In this document: positions 32,779 to 42,928 of the stretch, piece after piece
Numbering within the stretch: position 1 is the stretch's first letter
Layout of the letters: each line of letters starts with the position of its first letter
Assembly (NCBI RefSeq): GCF_004353825.1
Contig: NZ_SMNA01000009.1
Coordinates: forward strand, 1 to 64,000
Direction of reading: 5' to 3'
Length of the DNA stretch: 64,000 nt
Source of the DNA: Occultella glacieicola
Lineage (GTDB): Bacteria; Actinomycetota; Actinomycetes; Actinomycetales; Beutenbergiaceae
The notes under the pieces: generated by a model
Databases searched by the model: none
The model's input: only the letters and a program-made list of their open reading frames with translations
What the model was told of the DNA's origin: nothing
Made by a program: the position numbers and the translations under genes

Positions 32779-33717
32779 TCAGGTCCGCTCGCGCAGCTGG
32801 GCGTCGATGAGCGCGTCCTCCTCCTCCTCGGCGCTCCGGCGGCGGGTCCGGGCGGGCGGTTCGATGCGTGGGGCCGGCCGGGCGGCTGGGCTGTTCGGGC
32901 TGTGCGGGCCGAAGTCATGGGTCTCGAACGCTTCACGGCGGGCGAGGATCGCCGCGCCCGCCAGGGCGCCGATGCCGAAGATCCACCACTGGAACGCGTA
33001 GGAGAGGTGGTTGCCGAGGTCCGCGGCGGGCCTGGGCAGCGGGTTCGGGGGCGAGGCGGTCGTCGGCGACTCGTCCGCGAGCACGCCGTAGGCGCCCGTG
33101 ACCAACCGGCCGTCACCGCCCGCCGCTGCTCCGCCGTCGCCCGTCGTGGCCGTCAGCACCTGCGCCGGGGCGAGGCCGTAGACCTGACCCTCCGGGGCGT
33201 CCCGGTCGGTGAGCGGCTCCGCCGGGCGCAACCGGACGGTGAGCGTGACCTCGCCGCCGGGAACCTCCTGCTGCGGGCCGTGGTCGGTGAAGGTGTCCGT
33301 GGCGTACCAGCCCCGGTCCACCGTGAGCAACCAGGTCTCACCCGCAGCACCGTCGACGGCGAAGATCGCGGCCACATGATCGGCGGCGCTGCCCCCGATC
33401 GGGCGCTGCGGCAACACCACGGACGGGTGTGCGGCGTCGGTGAGGTAGTGGCCGGTCACGGTCACCGGGGTCCAGGTCCGCGAGTCCTCGAGCACGCTGT
33501 CCGAGGTCGGCAGGACCGCCTCGATCGCGACCGGGTCGGCGTCGTAGTTCGCGTCCACGAGCGCGATCGCCTCGGCCTTGCCCTGGTAGCGGGTCAACTG
33601 CCAGTAGCCCAGGCCGCCGCACGCCAGGGAGACCACGACGGCGACGGCGACGATGCCGGCCCACCGGCCGCTCAGCAGGAACCGGTACCGGCCCGGCGAG
33701 CGCCCGCCCGTGCTCAT
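32779..33717 (-). CDS. SURF1 family cytochrome oxidase biogenesis protein (alternative start 33750)
   Basis: LGYWQ, VDRGW, GNHLSYAFQWW. Confidence 0.88.
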   Translation of the reverse strand: MSTGGRSPGRYRFLLSGRWAGIVAVAVVVSLACGGLGYWQLTRYQGKAEAIALVDANYDADPVAIEAVLPTSDSVLEDSRTWTPVTVTGHYLTDAAHPSVVLPQRPIGGSAADHVAAIFAVDGAAGETWLLTVDRGWYATDTFTDHGPQQEVPGGEVTLTVRLRPAEPLTDRDAPEGQVYGLAPAQVLTATTGDGGAAAGGDGRLVTGAYGVLADESPTTASPPNPLPRPAADLGNHLSYAFQWWIFGIGALAGAAILARREAFETHDFGPHSPNSPAARPAPRIEPPARTRRRSAEEEEDALIDAQLRERT

Positions 33718-33736
33718 GCCGGACCCATCGCGCGCC

Positions 33737-33964
33737 TCACTCGACCGCACGAGCGTCCGGCTCCGGGGGCAGGTCCGCCACCGGGACGGTCTCGCGCAGG
33801 AACGAGCGGGCCCCGAGGAAGTTCTCCAGGTGGACCCGGTGGTCCGGGCAGGCGAGCCAGGTCTTGCGCCGGTCGGGGGTGTGCAGCTTCGGGTTGTTCC
33901 ATCGAAGCGCCCAGGCCGCTTCCTGACGGCAGCCCTTCGCGCTGCAGACGAGCTCCTCAGCCAT
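33737..33964 (-). CDS. Small conserved putative Zn-binding protein
   Basis: CSAKGC...WNNPKLH...WLACPDH; overlaps the DUF3099 stop. Confidence 0.8.
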   Translation of the reverse strand: MAEELVCSAKGCRQEAAWALRWNNPKLHTPDRRKTWLACPDHRVHLENFLGARSFLRETVPVADLPPEPDARAVE

Positions 33965-34280
33965 GGTTGCCGCCAGCGGGGCGGTCGGGGCGGTCGGCGG
34001 GGTCCTCGGGCGGCGGTCCCGCGGTCAGCGACGGGTTCTCGATCTGGGTGCCCGGCGCGGCGCGACGGTCCCCGCCGGCGTTCGCGGCCACCACGGCCAG
34101 GTACGGCAGCACGATCGCCAGCGCCGCGAACGTCCAGCGCAGCCAGGTGATCGTCACCACGATCGCGAGGGCGAAGCAGAGCGTGCGGATGCCCATGGTG
34201 ATGAGGTAGCGCTTGGTGCGATCGTGGAGCTGCTCGGTACGGCCGCGCTCGACCGACGTGATCGCGTGGACTTCTGGCAC
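33957..34280 (-). CDS. DUF3099 membrane protein
   Basis: RYLITMGIRTLCF...LPYLAVVAAN. Confidence 0.85.
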   Translation of the reverse strand: MPEVHAITSVERGRTEQLHDRTKRYLITMGIRTLCFALAIVVTITWLRWTFAALAIVLPYLAVVAANAGGDRRAAPGTQIENPSLTAGPPPEDPADRPDRPAGGNHG

Positions 34281-34425
34281 CCTCCCAGGTTACGCCGGGT
34301 CCGTCGCCGCGACGCCGCCGACGGACGATTGTGACGCCGACGCACGATCTGGACTAGTTTCGGGCGTGAGGCTCCCAGGGGCACCAGGGCCGGACGAACG
34401 ACTGGACGAACGACTGGATGGCGCA

Positions 34426-35139
34426 TTGAGCGAGAACGAGCGGACCGTGGTGGTGACCGGGGCGAACCGGGGGATCGGACGGGCGATCGCCGAACGGTTC
34501 GTCGCCGACGGCTACCGGGTGGCCACGATCTACCGCAGCGGCGACCTACCCGACGGTGTCTTCGGTGCGGTCGGTGACCTCCGGGACACCGACTCCATCG
34601 ACGCCGCCTTCACCGCGATCGAGGCGCACCAGGGACCGACCGACGTCCTCGTGGCCAACGCGGGCATCAACAAGGACACCTTGCTGATGCGGATGACGGA
34701 CGAGGAGTTCACCGACGTCGTCGACGTGAACCTCACCGGCACGTTCCGGTGCGTGCGCCGGGTCACCAAGGGGATGATCCGCAAGCGATCCGGGCGGATC
34801 ATCCTGATCTCCTCGGTGGTGGGCCTGTACGGCTCGCCAGGGCAGGTCAACTACGCCGCCACGAAGGCCGCGCTGGTGGGCATCGCCCGGTCGGTGACCC
34901 GCGAGCTCGGTGCCCGGGGCATCACCGCGAACGTGGTGGCGCCCGGGTTCATCGACACCGCGATGACCGCCGAACTGCCCGAGGCGACCCAGCAGAAGTA
35001 CCTCGCGTCGATCCCCGCCGCCCGCTTCGCCGAGCCGGCCGAGGTGGCCGCCGCGGTGAGCTTCCTGGCCGGGCCCGACGCCGGCTACATCAGCGGCGCC
35101 GTGATCCCGGTCGACGGCGGCCTCGGCATGGGGCATTGA
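34426..35139 (+). CDS. fabG: 3-oxoacyl-ACP reductase (TTG start; alternative GTG 34366)
   Basis: TGANRGIG, NAG, YAATK, VDGGLGMGH; adjacent to fabI. Confidence 0.92.
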   Translation: MSENERTVVVTGANRGIGRAIAERFVADGYRVATIYRSGDLPDGVFGAVGDLRDTDSIDAAFTAIEAHQGPTDVLVANAGINKDTLLMRMTDEEFTDVVDVNLTGTFRCVRRVTKGMIRKRSGRIILISSVVGLYGSPGQVNYAATKAALVGIARSVTRELGARGITANVVAPGFIDTAMTAELPEATQQKYLASIPAARFAEPAEVAAAVSFLAGPDAGYISGAVIPVDGGLGMGH

Positions 35140-35191
35140 TCGGGCACGGACCTCCCACATGAACACCGACACACGCACAGGAGACGCTGGC

Positions 35192-35959
35192 ATGGGACTG
35201 CTCGAGGGTAAGAAGCTACTGATCACCGGCGTGCTCATGGAGAGCTCGATCGCATTCACGGTCGCCAGGATCGCGCAGGAGCAGGGCGCCGAGGTCGTGC
35301 TGAGCTCGTTCGGACGCCAGTTCAAGCTGACCCAGGCGATCGCGCGCCGGCTGCCGAAGCCCGCCCCGGTGGTGCAACTGGACGTCACCGACGACGACGA
35401 CCTGGCAGCGCTCGCCGACCGGGTCGGCGAACACGTCGACTCCCTCGACGGCGTCCTGCACTCGATCGGCTTCGCGCCACAGAGCGTGATGGGGGGCAAC
35501 TTCCTCGCCGGCACCTGGCCGGACGTCGCCACCGCGCTCGAGGTGTCCGCGTTCTCCCTGAAGTCGCTCGCCGTGGCGGCCAGGCCGCTGCTGGCCCCGG
35601 GATCCTCGATCGTCGGGCTCACCTTCGACGCGCAGTTCGCCTGGCCCGTCTACGACTGGATGGGCGTGGCCAAGGCCGCGTTCGAGTCGACCGCCCGCTA
35701 CCTGGCTCGAGACCTCGGACCCGATGGCATCCGGGTCAATCTCGTCTCGGCCGGGCCGCTGCGCACCACCGCCGCGAAGTCGATCCCGGGGTTCGAGAGC
35801 ATGGAGGGCGGCTGGCCCGACCGGGCCCCGCTCGGGTGGGACGTGAACGACGCCGAGCCGACCGCCCGCACGGTCGCGGCGCTGCTCTCGGACTGGCTGC
35901 CGGCCACCACCGGAGAGATCGTTCACGTCGACGGTGGCGTGCACGCCATGGGACTCTAG
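35192..35959 (+). CDS. fabI: Enoyl-ACP reductase (InhA-like)
   Basis: LLEGKKLLITG, SSIAF, HSIGFAP, YDWMGVAK. Confidence 0.95.
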   Translation: MGLLEGKKLLITGVLMESSIAFTVARIAQEQGAEVVLSSFGRQFKLTQAIARRLPKPAPVVQLDVTDDDDLAALADRVGEHVDSLDGVLHSIGFAPQSVMGGNFLAGTWPDVATALEVSAFSLKSLAVAARPLLAPGSSIVGLTFDAQFAWPVYDWMGVAKAAFESTARYLARDLGPDGIRVNLVSAGPLRTTAAKSIPGFESMEGGWPDRAPLGWDVNDAEPTARTVAALLSDWLPATTGEIVHVDGGVHAMGL

Positions 35960-35963
35960 GACC

Positions 35964-36500
35964 ATGAGCTCCTCACCTTCGCAGCGGCACCTGATCCTGC
36001 TCCGGCACGCCCAGGCGGAGCAGTCGGCCACGACCGACTACGACCGGGTCCTGACGGTCACCGGCCGGGCCCAGGCGACGGTGGTCGGGCAGCGGATCCT
36101 CGAGCGCGACGTGGTGCCGGACCTCGTGCTGTGCTCGGCCGCGGTACGCGCCAAGCAGACCTGGCAGCTGGCCGCGACCGCGCTCGGCGACGCGGCGGAC
36201 GCCGTCACGGTGACCTACTCCGAGGACCTCTACAGCGCCGACGTCGATGAGGTCCTGGACCTGCTCCGGGCGGTCTCGCCCGAGGTGGGCCGGGTGCTCG
36301 TGGTGGGCCACGAGCCGGTGCTCTCGGGCACGGCACACCGCTTGGCGGGACCGAAGTCGCAGGAGTCCGCCGCGCTGCGGGTCCGGACCGGGATCTCGAC
36401 GGCGACCGCCGCGTTCCTGGAGTTCCGGGCACCCTGGTCGACGCTCACCGATCGGGCCGCGGTGCTCACCGGGCTCTCGACGGCGCCCACCGGCGAGTAG
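35964..36500 (+). CDS. SixA-like histidine phosphatase
   Basis: LLRHA, DRVLT..G, SAAVRAKQT, VGHEP. Confidence 0.88.
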   Translation: MSSSPSQRHLILLRHAQAEQSATTDYDRVLTVTGRAQATVVGQRILERDVVPDLVLCSAAVRAKQTWQLAATALGDAADAVTVTYSEDLYSADVDEVLDLLRAVSPEVGRVLVVGHEPVLSGTAHRLAGPKSQESAALRVRTGISTATAAFLEFRAPWSTLTDRAAVLTGLSTAPTGE

Positions 36501-36654
36501 GTCGCCGGGGCAACAACGGTTCGCTCCCGACGCGCCTGGCACGTCGGCAGCGAACCGTCAGTGGTGGGTCGGGTTGAGGGCGGGCCCGAGGTCAGCCGGT
36601 CTGAGCGGGTGGACAGCCGTGCGCGCGGCCGGGAGGCTGCGGCATGATTCGCTC

Positions 36655-37314
36655 ATGCCCTCACCGCACCCGCGGCCCCGCCGTCGCCGGCTCGTCGTCA
36701 TGGACGTGGACTCCACGTTCATCAGCGCCGAACAGATCGACCTGATCGCGGCGCACGCCGGCATCGGTGATCTGGTCGCCGGGATCACCGAGCGGGCGAT
36801 GCGCGGTGAGCTGGACTTCGTGCAGTCGCTCACCGAGCGGGTCGCGACCCTCGCCGGGCTGCCGGTGTCCGTGCTCGCCGAGGTCCGGGCCCAGGTGCGC
36901 ACCACTCCCGGTGCGACCGGCCTGGTCCGGGAACTGCGGGGGCGCGGCTGGCCGGTCGCGCTGGTCTCCGGGGGCTTCCACGAGATCATCGATCCCCTCG
37001 CCGCCGAGCACGGCATCACCCTGGTCCGGGCGAACCGGCTCGAGGTCGACGGCGGCCGGCTCACCGGGCGTGTCTCGGGCCCGATCGTGGACCGCGCCGC
37101 CAAGGCCCGGCACCTGCGCGAGTTTGCCGCCGCGGAAGGCGTCAACCTCGCCGACACCGTCGCGGTGGGCGACGGCGCCAACGACCTCGACATGATCGCT
37201 GTCGCCGGCCTTGGGGTCGCGTTCGCGGCCAAGCCGCTGGTCGCCGCGCAGGCCGACGTCGCCCTGCCCGGGCCGCGCCTGGACGCGCTGCTCAGCCTGC
37301 TCGACGAGCACTGA
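36655..37314 (+). CDS. serB: Phosphoserine phosphatase
   Basis: DVDST, TERAMRGELDF, VSGGF, GDGAND. Confidence 0.93.
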   Translation: MPSPHPRPRRRRLVVMDVDSTFISAEQIDLIAAHAGIGDLVAGITERAMRGELDFVQSLTERVATLAGLPVSVLAEVRAQVRTTPGATGLVRELRGRGWPVALVSGGFHEIIDPLAAEHGITLVRANRLEVDGGRLTGRVSGPIVDRAAKARHLREFAAAEGVNLADTVAVGDGANDLDMIAVAGLGVAFAAKPLVAAQADVALPGPRLDALLSLLDEH

Positions 37315-37358
37315 CCCAACGCGGCGAGCGCCGGCCGGTCCGGTGAGCCCCCGGCTCA

Positions 37359-37403
37359 ACGGTTCGATGACGACGCGTGTGGCACGTCGTCACAACATCG
37401 CTA
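37359..37403 (+). repeat. REP-like hairpin repeat, copy 1
   Basis: 33/45 ungapped identity to 38498-38542; internal stem GACGACG/CGTCGTC. Confidence 0.65.
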
Positions 37404-38364
37404 ACGACCAGGGGTCGGTGCGCAGCTCGGACCTGGCCTGAAGCCCCCGGTCCAGCCGCGCTGCTGCAGGATCTTGGCGATCCAGCGGGCGGTCCGGCAC
37501 GGCGTGGTGAAGACTAGCCCGTACGTGACGCGCGCGGTCGGCGATCCGGTGGCCGCCAGCTCGGCCAGGTCCCGGTTGGCGTCCTCGTCACGCGAGGCCG
37601 CGTCACCGTGGAAGGCCAGGCCGTCCAGCTCCACCACGAGCCCGTACTCCCGATACCGGACGTCCTGGTGCGTACGAGTCCCGAGCGAGGAGCTCCGGTG
37701 CTGGCGCTTGGCCCGCGGCAGGGCGTGGGGCCGCTCGATGTGGTCGCGGTACCCGCGCTCGAGGACCGAGCAGACGCCTCACGCAGGTCGGTGAGCATCG
37801 CGGCGATCATCGCGCGCCCCGCGACCCGTCGCCGCTCGGCGAGCGTGGAGAGGGCCGGTCCACCGTGGTCTGGCGCGACTGCATGACCTTGGCGAGGGTG
37901 GCGAAGGCGCCGGCGACGTCGCCGGCGCGGACGTGTTCGGACATCTCGTCGATGGTCGCGTGTTCCACGCGCACCCTCGGCGGCGCGCGGTGCCACAGCA
38001 CCCGATGCCGCAAGTTGCTGTGGTGGCGCACCTGCACCCCCTCCGGCGGCTGGACCGTGCGGCCGCGCGCAATCGCGATCTGAACCCGCGCTGGCGGCGG
38101 ACCCGGCAGCGCGGAGGCACCCGCGAGCGCAGCCGGCCACGCGATCAGCACCGCGGCCCACTCGCGCTGCCGGTGGGTCAGCGGGCCGGTGTGGGTCACG
38201 TAGACGCCGGGGTGGATGCGCCGCAGCTCGCGCCGCCGGATCATCCGCTCGAGGTCATGCATCCGTGCACCCGCCTCAAGCAGCTGAGGGCGTGAGACCA
38301 CGCCGTCCTGCACCGAGAGCAGATCCCGCAGAGCCGACCCGTGGAGCTCGAACCGTTGCGCCAT
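37401..38364 (-). pseudogene. AbiEi-like N-domain + DUF559/Vsr-like endonuclease gene with two frameshifts
   Basis: QDGVVSRPQL...IHPGVY (AbiEi-like); SVLERGY...VVELDG.AFH...D..RD (Vsr-like); frame changes near 37856 and 37778. Confidence 0.8.
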
Positions 38365-38497
38365 CGCGGCACCATGCCACGGCTGCGGACGCCCTTCCAC
38401 GGACTGCACGTGACCGTGTGGATCGCGACGCATCCGCGCCTCACTGTGGGCACGGGACGGAGCGACGGGGAGCCCGGGGACACCCGGGGTCCCGTTC

Positions 38498-38610
38498 ACG
38501 GTTCCCTGGCGACGTGCGTGGCGCGTCGCAGCGGCACCGCTAGCAGGCCCCACCACGTGCCCACGGCTGACGGGTTTCTGGCGGGGTACTCGATGCATCG
38601 CCATCGAACC
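38498..38610. repeat. REP-like doublet: copy 2 (38498-38542) and inverted partial copy 3 (38593-38610)
   Basis: The reverse complement of copy 3, GGTTCGATGGCGATGCAT, matches copy 1 GGTTCGATGACGACGCGT at 15/18. Confidence 0.6.
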
Positions 38611-38618
38611 ACTAGCGA

Positions 38619-39863
38619 TCAGTCCGCGGTGATCCGGGTGCCCTTCGGGACGACGGTGACCCCCGACGGGGTCACTGCGAAGCCGCGGCTGGCGTCGAGT
38701 TCGCGGTCGACGCCCACCGTGGCTCCGGGCTCGACCTCCACGAACTTGTCCAGGATCGCCTTGCGGACCTCCGCGCGCCGGTGCACCTGCACGCCGTCCA
38801 TGAGAACGGAGTCGGCCACCGAGGACCACGAGTTGACCCGGGTCCCCGGGGACAGGATCGAGCCGGACACGTCGCCGCCCGAGACCACGACGCCGGGGGA
38901 GATGATCGAGTCGTGGGCCTGGCCGACCCGGTCGGCAGAGGCGTGCACGAACTTCGCCGGCGGCAGCCCCACGTAGCCGGTGTGCAGCGGCCAGTCGTCG
39001 TTGTAGAGGTTGAACACCGGCTCGACGGTGATCAGGTCCTGGTTCGCCTCGTAGTACGCGTCGAGCGTCCCGACGTCGCGCCAGTAGTCCCGGTCCCGGT
39101 CGGTCGAGCCGGCGACGTCGTTGTGGATGAAGTCGTACAGGCCGCACTGCCCGCGGTCGACGAAGTAGGGCACGATGTCGCCGCCCATGTCATGGCGGGA
39201 GGAGGTCGAGGCGGCGTCCTTGGTGACGGCGTCCAGCAACGCGTCGGCGTTCATCACATAGTTGCCCATCGAGGCCAGGACCTCCTGCGGGGAGTCGGCC
39301 AGGCCGACCGGGTCGGTCGGCTTCTCCAGGAACTCCGCGATCCGCAGCGGATCGGAGGCATCCGCGGAGATCACACCGAACTGGTCGGCGAGGGCGATCG
39401 GCTGCCGGATCCCGGCCACCGTCATCTCCGCCCCGGAGGAGATGTGGGAGGCGACCATCTGGGAGAAGTCCATCCGGTACACGTGGTCGGCCCCCACCAC
39501 GACGACGATGTCGGGGCGCTCGTCGTCCATGATGTTCAGCGACTGGTAGATCGCGTCGGCGCTGCCGAGGAACCAGTTCTTGCCGACCCGCTGCTGCGCC
39601 GGCACCGGGGCCACGTAGTTGCCCAGCAGGTGTGACATCCGCCAGGTCTTGGCGATGTGTCGGTCCAGGGAGTGCGACTTGTACTGCGTCAGCACCACGA
39701 CCTTGAGGTAACCGGAGTTGACGACGTTGGAGAGGGCGAAGTCGATCAGGCGGTAGATGCCGCCGAACGGGACGGCCGGCTTCGCGCGATCAGCCGTCAG
39801 CGGCATCAATCGCTTTCCTTCTCCGCCGGCGAGGACGATCGCGAGAACTCGTGGTGCTGCCAT
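38619..39863 (-). CDS. glgC: Glucose-1-phosphate adenylyltransferase
   Basis: [36 protein letters not shown]. Confidence 0.97.
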   Translation of the reverse strand: MAAPRVLAIVLAGGEGKRLMPLTADRAKPAVPFGGIYRLIDFALSNVVNSGYLKVVVLTQYKSHSLDRHIAKTWRMSHLLGNYVAPVPAQQRVGKNWFLGSADAIYQSLNIMDDERPDIVVVVGADHVYRMDFSQMVASHISSGAEMTVAGIRQPIALADQFGVISADASDPLRIAEFLEKPTDPVGLADSPQEVLASMGNYVMNADALLDAVTKDAASTSSRHDMGGDIVPYFVDRGQCGLYDFIHNDVAGSTDRDRDYWRDVGTLDAYYEANQDLITVEPVFNLYNDDWPLHTGYVGLPPAKFVHASADRVGQAHDSIISPGVVVSGGDVSGSILSPGTRVNSWSSVADSVLMDGVQVHRRAEVRKAILDKFVEVEPGATVGVDRELDASRGFAVTPSGVTVVPKGTRITAD

Positions 39864-39982
39864 GATCTGAACCATAGGGTGAGGCGAGGGTTCCCACCAT
39901 CGCTTGCCACGGATTGTTTCAACGCCGGTCCGCGCGCGGCCAACGGGGGTCCCGCGGCACGGGAAACGGAAGGAGTTCGCCG

Positions 39983-41185
39983 ATGCGTGTCGATCTGCTG
40001 ACCAGGGAGTTTCCGCCGAAGGTCTATGGGGGAGCGGGGGTGCACGTCACCGAGCTCGCGGCGGTCCTCGCCGAGCAGATCGAGGTGCAGGTCCGGTGCT
40101 TCGACGGACCCCGGCCGGACGCCGTCGGGGTGACCGGGTACGACGTGCCGCCGGGCCTGGACGGTGCCAACCCGGCGCTGGCCACCCTGGGCGTGGACCT
40201 GGAGATGGCCGCGGACGTGGGCGGTGCGGACCTGGTGCACTCGCACACCTGGTACGCCAACCTCGCCGGCCACCTGGGCGGCCTGCTCCACGACATCCCC
40301 CACGTGCTCTCCGCGCACAGCCTCGAGCCGCTGCGACCCTGGAAGGCCGAGCAGCTCGGCGGCGGGTACGCCATCTCGAGCTGGGCCGAGCGGACCGCCT
40401 ACGAGGGTGCGGCCCGGGTCATCGCGGTGAGCGCCGGGATGCGCTCGGACATCCTGCGCAGCTACCCGCAGCTGGACCCCGAGAAGGTGGTCGTGGTGCA
40501 CAACGGGATCGACCTCGACTCGTGGCGGCGCCCCGAGCCCGCCGAGGTGGACGCCGTCGCCGCGAAGTACGGGGTCGACCGTGGCCGCCCCACCGTGATC
40601 TTCGTCGGCCGGATCACCCGCCAGAAGGGCCTGCCCTACCTGCTCCGGGCGGTGCGCGACCTGCCGTCCGAGGTGCAGATCATCATGTGTGCCGGGGCGC
40701 CGGACACCCCGGAGATCGCGGCCGAGGTCAAGAACGCGTTCGCGCAGCTCACCACCGAACGCACCGGGGTGATCTGGATCGACGAGATGCTGCCCCGCGC
40801 CGAGGTGGTCGCCCTGCTCGCCGCGTCCACCGTCTTCGTCTGCCCGTCGGTCTACGAGCCGCTCGGCATCGTGAACCTGGAGGCGATGGCCGTCGGGCTG
40901 CCCGTGGTGGCCTCGGCCACCGGCGGCATCCCCGAGGTGGTCGACGACGGCGAGACCGGGCTGTTGGTGCCGATCGAGCAGGTGACCGACGGCACCGGGA
41001 CGCCGGTGCACCCGGACGTCTTCGTCCGCGACCTGGCCGCGGCCCTGACCGAGCTCACCTCGGATCCCGAGCGCGCGGCGCGGATGGGGGTGGCCGGACG
41101 GGCCCGCGCGGAGGAGCACTTCTCCTGGCAGGCCATCGGGGAGCGCACCCTCGAGGTGTATCGGGACGTGCTCGCGCAGCGGTGA
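39983..41185 (+). CDS. glgA: Glycogen synthase / maltose-1-phosphate synthase (GlgM-type)
   Basis: [41 protein letters not shown]; divergent from glgC. Confidence 0.94.
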   Translation: MRVDLLTREFPPKVYGGAGVHVTELAAVLAEQIEVQVRCFDGPRPDAVGVTGYDVPPGLDGANPALATLGVDLEMAADVGGADLVHSHTWYANLAGHLGGLLHDIPHVLSAHSLEPLRPWKAEQLGGGYAISSWAERTAYEGAARVIAVSAGMRSDILRSYPQLDPEKVVVVHNGIDLDSWRRPEPAEVDAVAAKYGVDRGRPTVIFVGRITRQKGLPYLLRAVRDLPSEVQIIMCAGAPDTPEIAAEVKNAFAQLTTERTGVIWIDEMLPRAEVVALLAASTVFVCPSVYEPLGIVNLEAMAVGLPVVASATGGIPEVVDDGETGLLVPIEQVTDGTGTPVHPDVFVRDLAAALTELTSDPERAARMGVAGRARAEEHFSWQAIGERTLEVYRDVLAQR

Positions 41186-41263
41186 CCATCGGGTGGGCGA
41201 GTGGGCCCGCGTGGGCTGAGTGGGCCGAGCGGCACGGCGTGCGGCTCGCGCTCGCGGACCGGG

Positions 41264-42073
41264 TCAGGCCCGACGGGGTGCGCTCGCGCTCGCGGCGGTG
41301 AGCGCCCGTCGAGCCGCGGCGGCCACGTGCCGGAGCGCGGCCGAACGCTGATCGGCCTGCCAGGCGTTCACGGCGGCGCCGTCGTCCGTGCGGGCGAGTT
41401 CCACGATCGCGGTGAGGCGGACGGCGCGCACGAGCAGATCCGTGCGGCGCGCGTCCTGGCCGGGGGGCAGCCGGACCTCCAGCGCCGGGGGCACCACGGA
41501 GGAGGCCAGCATCGAGATCTCCTCGGCGGCCTCCTCGCGCCAGCGCGCCACGTCCATCCGGCTGAGCGCCTCGATGGCGACGTTCAGGGCCTCGGCGAGC
41601 CCTGCCCTGGCCTCACCGAGGGAGTCCACCGCGGGCGGCCGGGACGCCCCGCCGAACACCCGCCACGCCACCATCGCCCCCGGCTCCAGGGCCGATCCGA
41701 ACTCGGTGACGAACGGTACGGCCACGAAGGAGCCCGTGGCCGCCGCCCCGTCGGAACCGACGCCGACCGGCAGGCCCGCCGGGGGACCGGACACCACGAG
41801 TGCCTCGCCCACCTCCATGGCTGCCTCCCCGGCGGTCCCCCCGAGCGCGAACGGCTCACCCGGGGCCGGTAGCACCGCGGCGACCTGGCCACCACCCGCC
41901 CGCAGCAGCAGTTCCGCGAGCGAGCCGGCGCCGTCGACCGTGTTGACGGTGTGTGGTTCGTCCTCGCCGACGATCGCCGCGAGCGCGTCCGAGACGGACG
42001 GCTCGGCCTCGGGATCGCGAAGGGCGTCGACCCAGAGTGCGGCCAGCACGCTGCGCGGCACGTCGATGGTCAC
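41264..42073 (-). CDS. Conserved hypothetical protein
   Basis: Coding-like high-GC3 ORF with leaderless-type TAGGTT 6 nt upstream. Confidence 0.75.
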   Translation of the reverse strand: MTIDVPRSVLAALWVDALRDPEAEPSVSDALAAIVGEDEPHTVNTVDGAGSLAELLLRAGGGQVAAVLPAPGEPFALGGTAGEAAMEVGEALVVSGPPAGLPVGVGSDGAAATGSFVAVPFVTEFGSALEPGAMVAWRVFGGASRPPAVDSLGEARAGLAEALNVAIEALSRMDVARWREEAAEEISMLASSVVPPALEVRLPPGQDARRTDLLVRAVRLTAIVELARTDDGAAVNAWQADQRSAALRHVAAAARRALTAASASAPRRA

Positions 42074-42106
42074 ATGCCGAACCTAGGTCAATTAGGGTCT
42101 TCAGTC

Positions 42107-42928
42107 ATGGGTGACGTGCTGCAGTTCGACGAGGTGAGCGTCCGTCGCGGGGCCAAGACCATTCTCGACGGCGTGAACTGGTCGGTCGAGGAGGGGGAGC
42201 GGTGGGTGGTGCTCGGCCCGAACGGGGCCGGCAAGACCACGATCGTGCAACTGGCCTCGGCACGCATGCACCCGAGTTCGGGTCAGGTGGAGATCCTCGG
42301 CGAGCGGATGGGTGCCGTGGACGTGTTCGAACTGCGCCCGCGCATCGGCCTCGCCAGCGCCGCGCTCGCCGATCGGATCCCCGGCGGGGAGACCGTCCTG
42401 GACGTGGTCCTGACCGCGTCGTACGGGGTCACCGGGCGCTGGCGGGAGAGTTACGAGTCGCTCGACGTCGGCCGCGCCCGGGACCTGCTCGGTGCGTTCG
42501 ACGTGGCCGACCTGAGCGGCCGGTTCTTCGGGACGCTCTCGGAGGGCGAGCGCAAGCGGGTCCAGATCGCCCGAGCGCTGATGACCGACCCGGAGGTGCT
42601 GATCCTCGACGAGCCGGGCGCCGGACTCGACCTGGGCGGCCGGGAGGAACTGGTGGCCGCCCTCGGGGAGCTGGCCGCGGACGTCTACTCACCCGTGCTC
42701 ATCCTGATCACCCACCACGTCGAGGAGATCCCGCCGGGCTTCACCGACGGACTTCTGCTGCGCGAGGGACGCGTGGAGGCCGCCGGGCCGCTCGAGGACG
42801 TGATGTCCCCGCAACACCTCTCGCGTACGTTCGGGCTCGACCTGCTGGTGGAGCGGCACGCCGAGCGGTGGTCCGCCCGGGCACTGAGCGCCGGCGAGCG
42901 TGAGTCACAGCGGCGCCACGTGCTTTAA
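42107..42928 (+). CDS. ABC ATP-binding protein (ModF/YlmA-like, stand-alone)
   Basis: GPNGAGKTT, LSEGERKR, LDEP, THHVEEIP. Confidence 0.9.
   Translation: MGDVLQFDEVSVRRGAKTILDGVNWSVEEGERWVVLGPNGAGKTTIVQLASARMHPSSGQVEILGERMGAVDVFELRPRIGLASAALADRIPGGETVLDVVLTASYGVTGRWRESYESLDVGRARDLLGAFDVADLSGRFFGTLSEGERKRVQIARALMTDPEVLILDEPGAGLDLGGREELVAALGELAADVYSPVLILITHHVEEIPPGFTDGLLLREGRVEAAGPLEDVMSPQHLSRTFGLDLLVERHAERWSARALSAGERESQRRHVL

Noticed and set aside
34392..34418. 12-bp tandem duplication GGACGAACGACT before fabG, and 9-bp repeats at the steB 3' end (about 9133-9180)
   Set aside because: Short slippage-type duplications with no evident function
37401..38364. Functional type IV toxin-antitoxin pair
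   Set aside because: No AbiEii nucleotidyltransferase gene is adjacent and the gene is frameshifted
37361..38610. Classical IS element
   Set aside because: No DDE/HUH transposase motifs and no target-site duplication visible outside the inverted repeats
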